In this document: piece after piece, positions 49,304-61,528 of the stretch
Numbering within the stretch: position 1 is the stretch's first letter
Layout: the number at the start of each line of letters is the position of its first letter
NCBI GenBank assembly: GCA_041690355.1
Contig: JAWLHK010000008.1
Location: 133,374-197,373 of the forward strand
Origin: a bacterium
Lineage (GTDB): Bacteria; J088; JAWLBW01
Direction: 5' to 3'
Length of the DNA: 64,000 nucleotides
Program-made: the position numbers and the translations under genes
Notes under the pieces: generated by a model
Seen by the model: only the letters and a program-made list of their open reading frames with translations
The model's database searches: none
Told to the model about the DNA's origin: nothing

Positions 49304-50058
49304 TCCGTATGCATGCCTCCCAGCACGTTCCAGATCCACGCCGCCGCGAGCGTGACGGTCAGGTAACCGAAGGCCAGCCTCGTCCCCGGCGTTCCGCGGC
49401 GAACGACGACGAACAGGATGGCGGCCAGCAACACCGCCCCGGCGCGCAGATCGGCCTGGGGCGCAAAATTCCACGTCAACAGCGGCAGGGCCGCGAACGC
49501 GCCCCCGATGGCGAGCGCCTTGAGGCGCTGGGCGAGTTCGGGAAAGTTGACCCGCTTCAGCTGCCCGACGACTTCGATGCCCGCCGCGTATCCCGTCGCC
49601 GCCCCCACGATGCGCACCAGCAGATGCGGCACGTTGTAGACGATCAGGAAAATCGCGACCCCCCAGCCCGGGTGACCGAGCACCGCGGCGATGACCGCCA
49701 GCCAGGCGCTGAACGGGCGCAGGGCCGCCCAGAAAAGCGAATCTCCCACGGCACCCAGCGAGCCCATGAGCCCCAGCTTGAGCGCGTTGATGTTGCGCTC
49801 GGCGTCGGGGCGGCCGTTCTGCAGATCTTCTTCGAGCCGCCCGACCGCGCCCAGAATGACCGGCGCGAAGTACGGGTGGGTGTTGAAGAACTGGCCATGG
49901 CGCCGCGAGGCTTCGAGCATATCGTCTTTCCACACCGTGCGCAGAATCGGCAGAATCGCGTAGAGGAACCCGACGTTCTGCATGCGCTCGAAATTCCAGC
50001 ACGCCTGCACGAGAAACGTCCGCAGGAAACTGCGCCAGAATGTGAGCGTCAGCAGCAT
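49300..50058 (-). CDS. PTS mannose/fructose/sorbose-family EIID
   Basis: WNFERMQNVG, FFNTHP and GAVGDSLFW. Confidence 0.92.
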   Translation of the reverse strand: MLLTLTFWRSFLRTFLVQACWNFERMQNVGFLYAILPILRTVWKDDMLEASRRHGQFFNTHPYFAPVILGAVGRLEEDLQNGRPDAERNINALKLGLMGSLGAVGDSLFWAALRPFSAWLAVIAAVLGHPGWGVAIFLIVYNVPHLLVRIVGAATGYAAGIEVVGQLKRVNFPELAQRLKALAIGGAFAALPLLTWNFAPQADLRAGAVLLAAILFVVVRRGTPGTRLAFGYLTVTLAAAWIWNVLGGMHTE

Positions 50059-50739
50059 TTAGGCGAACACCACGAGTAAACCCATTCCCACCATCAGACC
50101 GAGCACCGCGGCCCGCGGAAACCGCCGCAAGTCCAGCGTCGCGCTCGACTCGGCGAGCCCCAGCAGGGGGAGCCCGGCCAGAAAGAACCCGAACGCCGTC
50201 GCCAGCCAGCCGGACAGCGTCACCCGCGCCAGCAGCGTGCCGGCCACGACGAAGAACAGGGCCAGCACGGCCGCGTAGACCCCGGCGGCGAACAGCAGCG
50301 CCAGCCAGGGGGCCTTTTCGATGTGCGTGAGGTCACCCTCGCGCAGCATGTCGTCGACCCGCCCGGCGATGCGGCCGTTGGCCTTGCGCACGAGAATGTC
50401 GACGTCGCGACCCAGCTCGGCCAGCGGCAGCGCCACGGCCGTCGCGAGCCCCGCGCCGCCGAGCGTGCGCAGTTCGGGCACGGCGACGAGCAGCCCCGCG
50501 GCCCCCACGGCGGCCAGCGTGTCGGACGGCGGCACGTGCGAACCCACCGGCAGCCGGCCGGCGTACAGAAATTCGAGCGCGACCCCGACGGCCGCGCCGA
50601 GCATCGGCTCACCCGCCCAGAACCCGAACAGCGGCCCGATGACCACCGGCCGCGAAACCATGAGCTGCACGGCCTGCGTCCGATCCAGGCAGACGGCCGT
50701 TCCGGCTAGAACCAGCCACAGCAGGGTGAGCGTGAGCAC
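50059..50739 (-). CDS. PTS mannose/fructose/sorbose-family EIIC
   Basis: SRPVVIG, LPVGSHVPP, hydrophobic, and located between EIIB and EIID. Confidence 0.85.
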   Translation of the reverse strand: MLTLTLLWLVLAGTAVCLDRTQAVQLMVSRPVVIGPLFGFWAGEPMLGAAVGVALEFLYAGRLPVGSHVPPSDTLAAVGAAGLLVAVPELRTLGGAGLATAVALPLAELGRDVDILVRKANGRIAGRVDDMLREGDLTHIEKAPWLALLFAAGVYAAVLALFFVVAGTLLARVTLSGWLATAFGFFLAGLPLLGLAESSATLDLRRFPRAAVLGLMVGMGLLVVFA

Positions 50740-50756
50740 GTTGCTTCAGGATGCTC

Positions 50757-51239
50757 CTACGCACCCTCCCAATCCGGGGTGATCGTGCGGCAGGCCTCGC
50801 GCGGCAGCGCGCGCACCTCGACGACGACCCCCTGCCGGGCGAAATTGCGCAGGATGTCGAGCTCTTCTTCGTTGCAGCAGACGCTCTGCGTGACGCGCCG
50901 CTTGCCCTCGGCGTAGTGCAGGTTGCCGACGTTCAGCAGGTCGAAGTGAAACCCGGCCTGGTAGGCAGAGTAGGCGTCGCGCGGTCGCGAGAAGAGGACG
51001 ATGGAGTGCACCTGGTCGAACTCGTGGCGCTTGTAGCTTGCGACCGCGTCGGCGATCGTGAGGATGTCGAGCCGCACGCTGCGCGGGGTCGCAAGTTCGA
51101 GAATCGAGCGCTTGAGCGGATCGGAGGCGACGTCGTCGTCGATGACCACAATCCGTTCCGCATGGCAGTGGGGGACCCAGCTTTCGACGACCTGGCCGTG
51201 GACGAGCCGATTGTCGATGCGGACCAGATCGACGCTCAT
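50757..51239 (-). CDS. PTS mannose/fructose/sorbose-family EIIB
   Basis: RIDNRLVHGQV and LNVGN. Confidence 0.92.
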   Translation of the reverse strand: MSVDLVRIDNRLVHGQVVESWVPHCHAERIVVIDDDVASDPLKRSILELATPRSVRLDILTIADAVASYKRHEFDQVHSIVLFSRPRDAYSAYQAGFHFDLLNVGNLHYAEGKRRVTQSVCCNEEELDILRNFARQGVVVEVRALPREACRTITPDWEGA

Positions 51240-51640
51240 CGTTTCGGCTCCTGGAGCAGGGCGCTGGCGACGGTGATGTTCTTCTGGCCGTACTCGCGGA
51301 TGAAGGCGGCGAGGTCGGGCAGGGTGCGCCCGTCGCGGGCCGAGGCGAGCTTGAGCAGCATGGGCAGGTTCACGCCCGTTACGACCTCGATCCGCTTCTC
51401 GTTGAGAAAGCTGAGGGCGAGGTTCGCCGGGGTGCCGCCGAACATGTCGGTCACCAGCAGAACCCCTTCGCCCTGCTCGGTCTGTTCGATGGCCGCCTGG
51501 ATGCGCCGCCGGATTTCTTCGGGCTCGCCGGTTTCGGTCGAGACCGCCTCCATCGCTTCGATGTCGCCGACGATGCTGCGCGCCGCCGCCAGCATTTCGC
51601 GGGCGATGGCGCCGTGCGTGACAAGTACCACACCAATCAT
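51236..51640 (-). CDS. PTS mannose/fructose-family EIIA
   Basis: VLVTHG, DMFGGTPAN and GVNLPML. Confidence 0.92.
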   Translation of the reverse strand: MIGVVLVTHGAIAREMLAAARSIVGDIEAMEAVSTETGEPEEIRRRIQAAIEQTEQGEGVLLVTDMFGGTPANLALSFLNEKRIEVVTGVNLPMLLKLASARDGRTLPDLAAFIREYGQKNITVASALLQEPKR

Positions 51641-51648
51641 TGAGAACC

Positions 51649-52517
51649 TCAGATGAGACCCCGCGTCAGCTCCCGATGCCGGACCCTGACGCGGAGCCCC
51701 TTGCCGGCGATGCGCTCGCCCAGCCGCTCGGCAAGGTAGATACTGCGATGCTTGCCCCCCGTGCACCCGACGGCGATGGTCAGATACGACTTTCCCTCGC
51801 GCCGGAAGCGGGGGAGCAGATATTCGAGCAGGTCGTGAAGCCGGTGTTCGAACTCCCGGACTTCAGGCTTGCTCTCAAAGAAGTTTACCACGGGGAGGTC
51901 CAATCCCGTGAAGTCCTTGAGCTCCGGCACGAAATGCGGATTGGGCAGAAACCGCGCGTCGAAGACGAGATCGGCCGATATCGGCAGCCCGTAGCGGAAC
52001 CCGAAGCTCGTGATCGTCACCGTGAGCTCGTGCTCGCGCGGACGCACGTCGAAGAGCGTCTTGATCTCGTGCGTGAGCTCGTGCACGGTCATGTCTGATG
52101 TGTCGATGACCAGATCGGCCCGGTCGCGGAAGGGTACCAGGGCGTCGCGCTCCAGATCGATCCCCTCGGTGACTCCGCTCGTCGGCGCCAGCGGGTGCAG
52201 CCGGCGCGTCTCGCTGAAGCGGCGGATGAGGATCTCGTCGCGGCAGTCGAGAAAGACGACGCGCGCGTCGACTTCGGCGCCGTCGAGGTAGCGCAGGGCG
52301 TCGGGCAGTTCGTGCAGAAAGCGCCGTTCGCGGGCGTCCATGACGAGGGCGACGCGGTCGAGCTCGTTGCCCGGGCGCGTGATGAGCTGCACGAAGGCGG
52401 GCAGCAGCGGGGGCGGCAGGTTGTCGACGCAGAAATAGCCGAGATCCTCGAGCGCGTGCACGACCGTCGTCTTGCCCGCGCCCGAAACCCCCGAGATGAG
52501 CAGCAGCTGCACGCGCA

Positions 52518-52521
<4 letters not shown>
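51649..52521 (-). CDS. rapZ: RNase adapter / P-loop NTPase
   Basis: GVSGAGKT, VDNLP, RRFSETRR and GCTGGKHRS. Confidence 0.93.
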
Positions 52522-53492
<971 letters not shown>

Positions 53493-53496
53493 GGGT

Positions 53497-53961
53497 TCAG
53501 CCGATGGCTTCGTCTTCCTTGCGGATGGTTTCGAGCAGCGCCCCCGCATCGGGCGCGGCCAGCAGGCGCTCGCGGAATCCGGCGTCCTTGAGCAGCCGCG
53601 AGATGCGCGCGAGCGCTTTCAGATGGGTGCCCGGGCTGTCTTCGGGCGCGAGCAGGAGAAAGAACAGGTTGACCGGCTTGCCGTCGATGGCGTCGAAGGG
53701 GATGCCCTTGGCGCTGCGGCCGAAGGCGACGACGATCTGTCCGAGGCCGCCGATCTTGCCGTGCGGGATGGCGATGCCGTCGCCGACCCCCGTGCTGCCG
53801 AGTTTTTCGCGGTCGAGCAGGGTCGCGAGCACCTGCTGCTGGCCCAGGTCGGGGTAGGCCCCCGCGACGGCGCGCGCCAGCTCGTCGAGCACTTCGCGCT
53901 TGTTCGTTGCCGCCAGCGACGGCACGACGGCCGCCGGGTGCATGAGTTCTGCGATTTTCAT
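53497..53961 (-). CDS. ptsN: PTS EIIA(Ntr)-like protein
   Basis: REKLGSTGVGDGIAIPH and position in the rpoN operon. Confidence 0.9.
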   Translation of the reverse strand: MKIAELMHPAAVVPSLAATNKREVLDELARAVAGAYPDLGQQQVLATLLDREKLGSTGVGDGIAIPHGKIGGLGQIVVAFGRSAKGIPFDAIDGKPVNLFFLLLAPEDSPGTHLKALARISRLLKDAGFRERLLAAPDAGALLETIRKEDEAIG

Positions 53962-53983
53962 GAAACTTCCCGGAGCAACGACC

Positions 53984-54271
53984 TCAATGGTCCTTGACCT
54001 TTTCCTTGTGCTTCTGGACCTGCCGCTCGAGTTTGTCGATGCACTTGTCGATGGCCGCGTACATGTCGGACGTCACCTCTTCGGCGCTCATGAACACCCC
54101 CTTGGCGGTGACGTTCATTTCGGCCCGGTGCATGAACTTGTCGACCTCGAGAATGACATGCACTTCGATCGGGGGCTGCAGATACTTCTCGACGCGCTTG
54201 GCCTTGTCGGTGGCGTAGGCGCGAACCGAGTCCGAAGCGTCCATGTGGCGGAAAGTAACGTTGACCTGCAT
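53984..54271 (-). CDS. hpf: Ribosome hibernation promoting factor, short form
   Basis: MQVNVTFRH...DMYAAID...KLERQ, downstream of rpoN. Confidence 0.9.
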   Translation of the reverse strand: MQVNVTFRHMDASDSVRAYATDKAKRVEKYLQPPIEVHVILEVDKFMHRAEMNVTAKGVFMSAEEVTSDMYAAIDKCIDKLERQVQKHKEKVKDH

Positions 54272-54294
54272 GACTGATAGTTCCTCTCCTGGCC

Positions 54295-55668
54295 TTAGAC
54301 CAGCTGTTTGCGTTTGTTGGATGGCAGGATGCCCATGAGCTCCCGATACTTCGTGACCGTGCGGCGCGCGATGTTGATTTTGGACTGCTTCAGTAGTTCG
54401 ACGAGCGCCTGATCGGAGAGTGGTTTTCTGGGGTCCTCGCTCTGGACAAGGCGGCGAATCTCGGCTTTGACCGCCTCGCTGGCCATGTCGGCCCCGCCGT
54501 CGTCCCGTTGGATACCGGGGTTGAAAAAGTACTTGAGCTCGAAAATGCCACGCGGCGTGTGCACGTATTTGTTGGTTGTCACACGGCCGACGGTCCCCTC
54601 GTGAAGACCCACGTCCTGCGCGACATCCCTCAATACCAACGGTCGCAGGTATTCGACGCCTTTGTCAAGGAATTCGCGCTGGAACTTGAAGATGCTTTCG
54701 GTGACCCGATAGATGGTGCGCTGACGCTGGTGGATGCTCTTGATGAGGCCGGTGGCGGCCATGAGCTTGTCCTGAATGAACTCCTTGGCGTCGGGCTGGG
54801 CCCCTTTCTGCCGGGCGAGGGTGCGGTAGAGCTGGTTGATCTTGAGGCGCGGCAGCCCCGAGTCGTTGAGCTGAATGACGTAGTCGTCGTTCTGCTTGAA
54901 GACATAGATGTCGGGCGTGATGTAGCGGGCTTCGTCGGCGGCGAACATCCGCCCCGGCTTGGGCTCGAGCACGAGCACCTTGCGCACCGCTGCGGTGACC
55001 TCGTCTTCGGGCAGATTCAGCTTGCGGGCGATGCGGGCGTAGTTCTTGGTTTCGAGCTCGCCCAGAAAGCCGGCGACGATGCGCGTCGGCAGCGCATGTT
55101 CCCCATACTTGCGCCGGGCCTGGATGAGCAGGCACTCGCGCAGGTCGCGGGCCGCCACGCCGGGCGGATCGAACTTCTGCAGGATGCCGATCAGCTTCTC
55201 GATGCGCGCCGCATCGAGGCCGAGCTGACGGGCGACGGTGTCGAGCGACTCGAGCATGAGATAGCCGCGCTCGTCGAGGTTGCCGATGAGGTAGGCGGCG
55301 ATGGCGCGCTCCTGTTCGTCGAGCGGCTCCATGCGCAGCTGCCAGAGCAGGTGATCCTCGAGCGTATCTTCCTGCGTCAGCGTCGACTCGAAAGTCGGCA
55401 GGTCGTCGCGGGGCCGCGAGAAGTTGGTCAGCGAGCGTTCGACGCCGTCGTCGAGATAGCGGGCGAAGGCTTCGGCGTCGATCTCCTCGCGCACCGGCTC
55501 TTCGGGCGTTTCGTCGACCTCGAGCAGCGGATTCTCCTGCAGCTCCGACTCGATGAGCTCGCCGAGCTCGACCGTGTTCATCTGCAGCATCTTGACCGCC
55601 TGCTGCAGCTGGGGGGTCATCACGAGATGCTGACCCTGCTTGAGCTGCTGTTTCATCCCCAGTGACAT
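54295..55668 (-). CDS. rpoN: RNA polymerase sigma-54
   Basis: MTPQLQQAVKMLQ, ELKYFF and RpoN box ARRTVTKYRE. Confidence 0.96.
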   Translation of the reverse strand: MSLGMKQQLKQGQHLVMTPQLQQAVKMLQMNTVELGELIESELQENPLLEVDETPEEPVREEIDAEAFARYLDDGVERSLTNFSRPRDDLPTFESTLTQEDTLEDHLLWQLRMEPLDEQERAIAAYLIGNLDERGYLMLESLDTVARQLGLDAARIEKLIGILQKFDPPGVAARDLRECLLIQARRKYGEHALPTRIVAGFLGELETKNYARIARKLNLPEDEVTAAVRKVLVLEPKPGRMFAADEARYITPDIYVFKQNDDYVIQLNDSGLPRLKINQLYRTLARQKGAQPDAKEFIQDKLMAATGLIKSIHQRQRTIYRVTESIFKFQREFLDKGVEYLRPLVLRDVAQDVGLHEGTVGRVTTNKYVHTPRGIFELKYFFNPGIQRDDGGADMASEAVKAEIRRLVQSEDPRKPLSDQALVELLKQSKINIARRTVTKYRELMGILPSNKRKQLV

Positions 55669-55675
55669 GCGTCTC

Positions 55676-56400
<725 letters not shown>

Positions 56401-56404
<4 letters not shown>

Positions 56405-56976
56405 GGGCGGGCCTCCGCGGCGGCGTCGTCCTTGAGGCGGGCCGGGCTGAAGGTGCCGCGGGCCTGCTGCACGATGACGCGGTCTTCGTCGAGCAGAACC
56501 GTGATGACTTCGCCGTGCAGCTCGTCCTTGCCCTGCCAGAGGTGCGGATCGCCGGTGAGCACGATGCGGCGCGTGATGTTCTCGAAGACGGCTTCGCGGC
56601 TGGTCGCGACCTTCTCGTCCTGCGTGATGCGCACGTTGCCTTCGGCCAGGATGCGCTCGACGTCCTTGCCGTCTTTCTCGTAGAGGGCGGTCAGGCGGTC
56701 GGCGAAGATGAGCGTGTCGCGCTGGCGGGCCACGACGTTGCCCAGAAAGATGACCTTGCGTTCCTTGTTATAAGCCTCGAGGCGATCGCTCTTGATGTCA
56801 ATCGGATCGCGCGAGTTCCGGATGGCCGTGGGGAGGCCGCGCTTCGGGGCCGCCGCGGTGGGAGCGGTCGCGCCGGTCGTCGCCGCCGGACTCTGCGCGC
56901 CCGCGGTCCGGGGGGCGGCAGAAGGGCCGAGCAGGAGCGCGGCCGCGAGAAGAAATGTGCGCAGCATGGCCGTCAC
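56401..56976 (-). CDS. lptA: LPS transport periplasmic protein
   Basis: Signal peptide, OstA-like PIDIKSD...FLGNV...AEGNV...LTGDP, and synteny. Confidence 0.88.
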
Positions 56977-57518
56977 AGGGGGAACCCCGCAAGATGGGCG
57001 TCGACGTCGCGCGCCACGGAAATCTGTTGTGCTTCGAGGGCGTAGCGCAGGCCCGCCCCCTCGATTTCGACCTTCTCGCCCCAGGCCCGGAAGGGGCCCG
57101 GCGCGAAGACCTCTGCGGCGGCGTGGCGGTAGACCGCGCCCGTCGTCGTCAAGGAGTAGCCCTGGTCGCTGGTCAGCTCGAGGCCGCCGTCGAGAAACGC
57201 CTCTTCAGAGATGACGTCGTAGCGCCCGCGCACGGCCCGGATCTCGGTGCGGCGGCCGTCGTCGTGGTAGAGCAGGCCGTCGATGCGCTGCGCCTCGACC
57301 AGGTCGGTCTCTTCGCGGTACTCGACTTCGTCGGCGCGCACCTCGGCGCTCACGCCGCCGGCGCGGATCTCGCGAAGATGCGGGCTGAAAATCGTGAAGG
57401 CCGAGGCCGACGTCACGGCCACCTCGAAGCCCTCCGGAGCGGTCGCCCGGGCGAGCCAGAGGCCGAAGCCGGCGAGCGCGGCCAGCACGGCCAGCCACGA
57501 TAGAAAATAGCGAATCAC
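56973..57518 (-). CDS. lptC: LPS export protein
   Basis: N-terminal TM plus beta-jellyroll-like body between kdsC and lptA, with GTGA overlaps on both sides. Confidence 0.75.
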   Translation of the reverse strand: MIRYFLSWLAVLAALAGFGLWLARATAPEGFEVAVTSASAFTIFSPHLREIRAGGVSAEVRADEVEYREETDLVEAQRIDGLLYHDDGRRTEIRAVRGRYDVISEEAFLDGGLELTSDQGYSLTTTGAVYRHAAAEVFAPGPFRAWGEKVEIEGAGLRYALEAQQISVARDVDAHLAGFPL

Positions 57519-58045
57519 GTTCCCAGCAAGCCTCCCACGACCGCACTCCAGTGTCCTGCGGCGTGCAACCAGTGTTCGCAGACCTCGCGCACGGCGCCGC
57601 GCCCGCCCGGCAGGCCGGTCACCCAGGCGACCTGCTCCCGCACGAGCGGATGGGCGTCTGCCGGCGCCGCCGACCATCCGGCCGCCCGCAGCAGCGGCAG
57701 GTCGACCACGTCGTCGCCCATGTAGCCGACCTGCTGCAGGTCGCAGCCGGCCTCCTGCGCGATGGCGCGCGCGTCGGCAAGTTTGTCGGCGCTCCCCTGC
57801 ACGATCCACTCGAAGCCGAGCTCGCGGCCCCGCCGGTCGACCACCGGACTCGAGCGCCCGGTGATGATCCCCAGGCGCAGCCCAGCCCGGCGCGCGAGCA
57901 CGAGCCCCTGGCCGTCGCGGACGTCGAAAAACTTCAGTTCGTTCCCGGAGTTATCGTAGACGATGCGGCCGTCAGTGAGGACGCCGTCAACGTCGAACAG
58001 CAGGATGCGCAGGCGGGCGAGCCGGCCCGGGTCAGGCTGCGTCAC
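57515..58045 (-). CDS. kdsC: KDO-8-phosphate phosphatase
   Basis: FDVDGVLTDG, DGQG and YMGDDVVD. Confidence 0.92.
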   Translation of the reverse strand: MTQPDPGRLARLRILLFDVDGVLTDGRIVYDNSGNELKFFDVRDGQGLVLARRAGLRLGIITGRSSPVVDRRGRELGFEWIVQGSADKLADARAIAQEAGCDLQQVGYMGDDVVDLPLLRAAGWSAAPADAHPLVREQVAWVTGLPGGRGAVREVCEHWLHAAGHWSAVVGGLLGT

Positions 58046-58176
58046 GGCGCCTCCGGTACGAAAAATGCATGGTTCCCATTCTACCGGTCGCAGCCGTTTC
58101 TTTCAAAAGGGAGCCGGGGGTCGACAAGCGTCCGCTCCGCATTTCGCGAGGGGCGTCGCGGCTGCCGGCCGGGGCG

Positions 58177-59154
58177 TCAGATGACCCCGGCGCGCAGGAG
58201 ATCGTGCATGTGGACGATGCCCTCCGGTTGTCCGGCCCCGTCGACGATGAACAGGCAGGTGATGGCGTGCTCCTGCATGGCGTTGACCGCATCGACCGCC
58301 AGGGCGTCGGCCGCGATGGTCTTCGGCCCGCCGGCCATGATATCGGCCGCCCGCGCCTCGAGCAGCTGGGCACCCTTTTCGAGGGCGCGCCGGATGTCGC
58401 CGTCGGTGATGATGCCGGTCAGCCGGCCGCTCCGGTCGACCACGCCGCAGGCACCCAGGCGTCTGGCGGTGATTTCGAAGAGGGCCTCGCGCATCGGGGC
58501 GTCTTCAGCCACCTGGGGCAGATCGGGCCGGGTGTGCATGACGTCGCGCACCCGGGTGAGCAGCCGTTTGCCGAGTGCGCCGCCGGGATGCACCGCGGCG
58601 AAGTCGTCGGCCGTGAAGCCGCGGTACTCGAGCAGGGCCACGGCGAGCGCGTCGCCCAGGGCCAGCTGCGTCGTCGTGCTGGCCGTGGGGGCGAGGCCCA
58701 GCGGGCAGGCTTCTTCGGCGACGGAGCAGTCGAGCACCAGATCGGCGTGCCGGGCCAGCGAAGATTCCCCATTCCCCGTCAGCGCGATGAGCGGCAGCTG
58801 CAGGCGACGCAGGGCGGGCACCAGGCGGACGATCTCTTCGGTCTCGCCGCTGTTGGAAAGGAGCAGCACGACGTCGCCCCGGCCGACCATGCCGAGGTCG
58901 CCGTGGCTCGCCTCGGCCGGGTGCAGAAAGAACGCCGGCGTGCCGGTGCTGGCGAAGGTGGCCGCCATCTTCTGGCCGATGAGGCCGCTCTTGCCCATGC
59001 CGCACACGATCAGCTTTCCGCGGCACTCGGCCAGCATGCGCACCGCCTGGTCGAAGCGGTCGTCGAGGCGGCCTTCGAGGCGCTCCAGCGCTTCGCGCTC
59101 GATGCGCAGCGTGCGGCGCGCGCTCGCGAGAAAGTCGACGGTCTTCACACTCAT
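58177..59154 (-). CDS. kdsD: Arabinose-5-phosphate isomerase (SIS + CBS)
   Basis: [21 protein letters not shown] and HPGGALG. Confidence 0.93.
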   Translation of the reverse strand: MSVKTVDFLASARRTLRIEREALERLEGRLDDRFDQAVRMLAECRGKLIVCGMGKSGLIGQKMAATFASTGTPAFFLHPAEASHGDLGMVGRGDVVLLLSNSGETEEIVRLVPALRRLQLPLIALTGNGESSLARHADLVLDCSVAEEACPLGLAPTASTTTQLALGDALAVALLEYRGFTADDFAAVHPGGALGKRLLTRVRDVMHTRPDLPQVAEDAPMREALFEITARRLGACGVVDRSGRLTGIITDGDIRRALEKGAQLLEARAADIMAGGPKTIAADALAVDAVNAMQEHAITCLFIVDGAGQPEGIVHMHDLLRAGVI

Positions 59155-59996
59155 GCCAGAACCGGAAAGGCAGATTGTTTGACGAGGGCGTCGAGGGCGA
59201 GCACCGGCGCAATCAGCGACTCGACCTGCGCCAGCGGCACGGCGTTCGGCCCGTCGGATTTGGCGCGGGCAGGGTCGGGGTGCACTTCCAGAAAGAACCC
59301 GGCGACCCCGACGGCCGCGGCGGCGCGCATGAGCGTGGGGATGAACTCCCGCTGCCCGCCCGACGCGCTCCCCTGGCCCCCGGGGAGCTGCACGCTGTGG
59401 GTGCAGTCGAAGACGACCGGCACGCCGAGGTCCTTCATGACGTGCAGGCTGCGCATGTCGACGACCAGGTTGTTGTAGCCGAAGGTGGCCCCGCGTTCGG
59501 TCAGCATCAGCTTCTCGTTGCCCACGCTGCGCACCTTCTCGACCACCGGCTTCATGTCCCACGGAGCGAGAAACTGCCCCTTCTTGACGTTGAGCGGGAG
59601 GCCGGTCTCGGCGGCGGCGACCACGAGATCGGTCTGGCGGCACAGAAAGGCGGGGATCTGGAGGATATCGAGCACTTCGGCGGCGGCCTCGATCTGGCTC
59701 GTTTCGTGGATATCGCTGACCAGCGGCACCCCGAAGCGGCTCTTCACGGTACCCAGAATGCGCAGGCCCGCTTCCAGGCCGGGTCCGCGAAAGCCGTGCA
59801 CCGACGTGCGGTTGGCCTTGTCGAAGCTGGCCTTGAAGACGAACGGCACGCCGAGCCGCGCGAAGATGCGCTGCAGCTCGCCGGCGACCTCGTTCACGAG
59901 CCCTTCGTCTTCGATGACGCAGGGGCCCGCCAGAAAGAAGGGGCGCAGGTGGTTGCCGGCCTCGAAACCGGCCAGGGAAAGCGATGACGGAGTCAT
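59151..59996 (-). CDS. kdsA: KDO-8-phosphate synthase
   Basis: [30 protein letters not shown] and KKGQF. Confidence 0.95.
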   Translation of the reverse strand: MTPSSLSLAGFEAGNHLRPFFLAGPCVIEDEGLVNEVAGELQRIFARLGVPFVFKASFDKANRTSVHGFRGPGLEAGLRILGTVKSRFGVPLVSDIHETSQIEAAAEVLDILQIPAFLCRQTDLVVAAAETGLPLNVKKGQFLAPWDMKPVVEKVRSVGNEKLMLTERGATFGYNNLVVDMRSLHVMKDLGVPVVFDCTHSVQLPGGQGSASGGQREFIPTLMRAAAAVGVAGFFLEVHPDPARAKSDGPNAVPLAQVESLIAPVLALDALVKQSAFPVLA

Positions 59997-60094
59997 GCTG
60001 GAGTATACCATCCGCGACCGGGTGCGCGCCCGGCCCCCGGCGGCGAGGAACCGTCGAAAATCACCCCGTCCTGTGGTAGATTAAGGGTTTATCG

Positions 60095-60997
60095 GTGAAG
60101 GCTTCGATTGACGCATTCTGCCGGTATCTCGAACGCGAACGGAACGCCTCGCCCCACACGGTGGCGGGCTACCGGCGTGACCTCGAGATGTTCGCGGCGT
60201 TCCTTCGGGAACGTGGGATGGCCGGCGCCGGTTCCGAAACCGATGCCGCGCCCGATCGCGTCGCCGCGGTGCACGTGCGTTCGTTCGTCGCCGCCAGGTT
60301 CGAGCGTGACAGCAAGACGACCCAGGGTCGCCGGCTGTCGGCGTTGCGGTCCTTTTTTCGTTTTTTGCGGAAAACCGGGGCGGTCGCGGCCAACCCGGCC
60401 GAACTGCTGACGGGTCCGCGGCGCGAGCAGCGGCTCCCGCGCTTTCTCGAGGTCGACCATGTGCGCAGCTTTCTCGAGGGCATCGCGGGCGAAGACTGGC
60501 GCGAGGGGCGCGACCGGGCGGTGTTCGAGCTGATCTACGCCGCGGGGCTGCGGGTGAGCGAGGCGACCGGCCTCGACGTAGAGGATGTGGATTTCGAGCA
60601 GGCGGTCGTGCGCGTGCTCGGCAAGGGGCGCAAGGAGCGCCTCGTGCCGTTCGGCGAGCCGGCGCGCGACGCCCTGCAGCGGTGGCTCGGCGTGCGTGCC
60701 GCGCGACCGGGGGCGGCAGGCACGGCCCTGTTCCTGAACTCGCGCGGCGGGCGTCTCGGCCCCCGGCAGGTGCAGGGGCGGATGCAGACGTACCTGCAGC
60801 GGGCGGGGCTGCGGCTGGGGGTTTCGCCCCACGCGCTGCGCCACTCGTTCGCAACGCACCTGCTGAACGGCGGCGCCGACCTGCGGGCCATTCAGGAGCT
60901 GCTGGGGCACGAAAGCCTGGGAACGACGCAGAAGTATACGCACGTGAATTTGAACCAGTTGATGGCCACCTACGAAAAGGCGCATCCGAAGGCATAG
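60095..60997 (+). CDS. xerC: Tyrosine recombinase
   Basis: [25 protein letters not shown] and LGH...TTQKY. Located upstream of hslVU. Confidence 0.9.
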   Translation: MKASIDAFCRYLERERNASPHTVAGYRRDLEMFAAFLRERGMAGAGSETDAAPDRVAAVHVRSFVAARFERDSKTTQGRRLSALRSFFRFLRKTGAVAANPAELLTGPRREQRLPRFLEVDHVRSFLEGIAGEDWREGRDRAVFELIYAAGLRVSEATGLDVEDVDFEQAVVRVLGKGRKERLVPFGEPARDALQRWLGVRAARPGAAGTALFLNSRGGRLGPRQVQGRMQTYLQRAGLRLGVSPHALRHSFATHLLNGGADLRAIQELLGHESLGTTQKYTHVNLNQLMATYEKAHPKA

Positions 60998-61000
60998 ACG

Positions 61001-61528
61001 ATGTTTCAGGGCACGACGATACTGGCCGTCCGCAGAGACGGCAAGACCGTAGTCGGCGGCGACGGGCAGGTGACGCTCGACAAGGTCGTGCTCAAGCACG
61101 GCGCCCGCAAGGTGCGCCGTCTGCACGACAACCGGGTCGTCGTCGGGTTCGCCGGGTCGACGGCCGACGCCTTCACGCTGTTCGAGCGCTTCGAAGCCAA
61201 GCTCAAGGAGCACAGCGGCCAGCTCCCGCGCGCGGCCGTCGAGCTGGCCAAGGAGTGGCGCACCGATCGCGCCCTGCGCCAGCTGCAGGCGCTGCTCATC
61301 GCCGCCGACAAGGATTCTCTGCTGCTGCTCTCGGGCAGCGGCGACGTCGTCGAGCCCGACGAAGACGCCGTCGCCATCGGCAGCGGCAGCTCCTATGCGC
61401 TCGCGGCCGCCAAGGCCCTGCTGCGCCATTCCTCGCTTTCGGCGGAAGAAATCGTGCGCGAGTCGTTGTTGATCGCGGCGCAGATCGACATCTACACGAA
61501 CGACCAGATCACGGTGGAGACGCTATGA
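61001..61528 (+). CDS. hslV: ATP-dependent protease peptidase subunit
   Basis: [21 protein letters not shown] and IGSG. Confidence 0.95.
   Translation: MFQGTTILAVRRDGKTVVGGDGQVTLDKVVLKHGARKVRRLHDNRVVVGFAGSTADAFTLFERFEAKLKEHSGQLPRAAVELAKEWRTDRALRQLQALLIAADKDSLLLLSGSGDVVEPDEDAVAIGSGSSYALAAAKALLRHSSLSAEEIVRESLLIAAQIDIYTNDQITVETL

Noticed and set aside
60095-60997. Prophage or island integrase
   Set aside because: Host-like composition and xerC-hslV-hslU synteny indicate the housekeeping recombinase.
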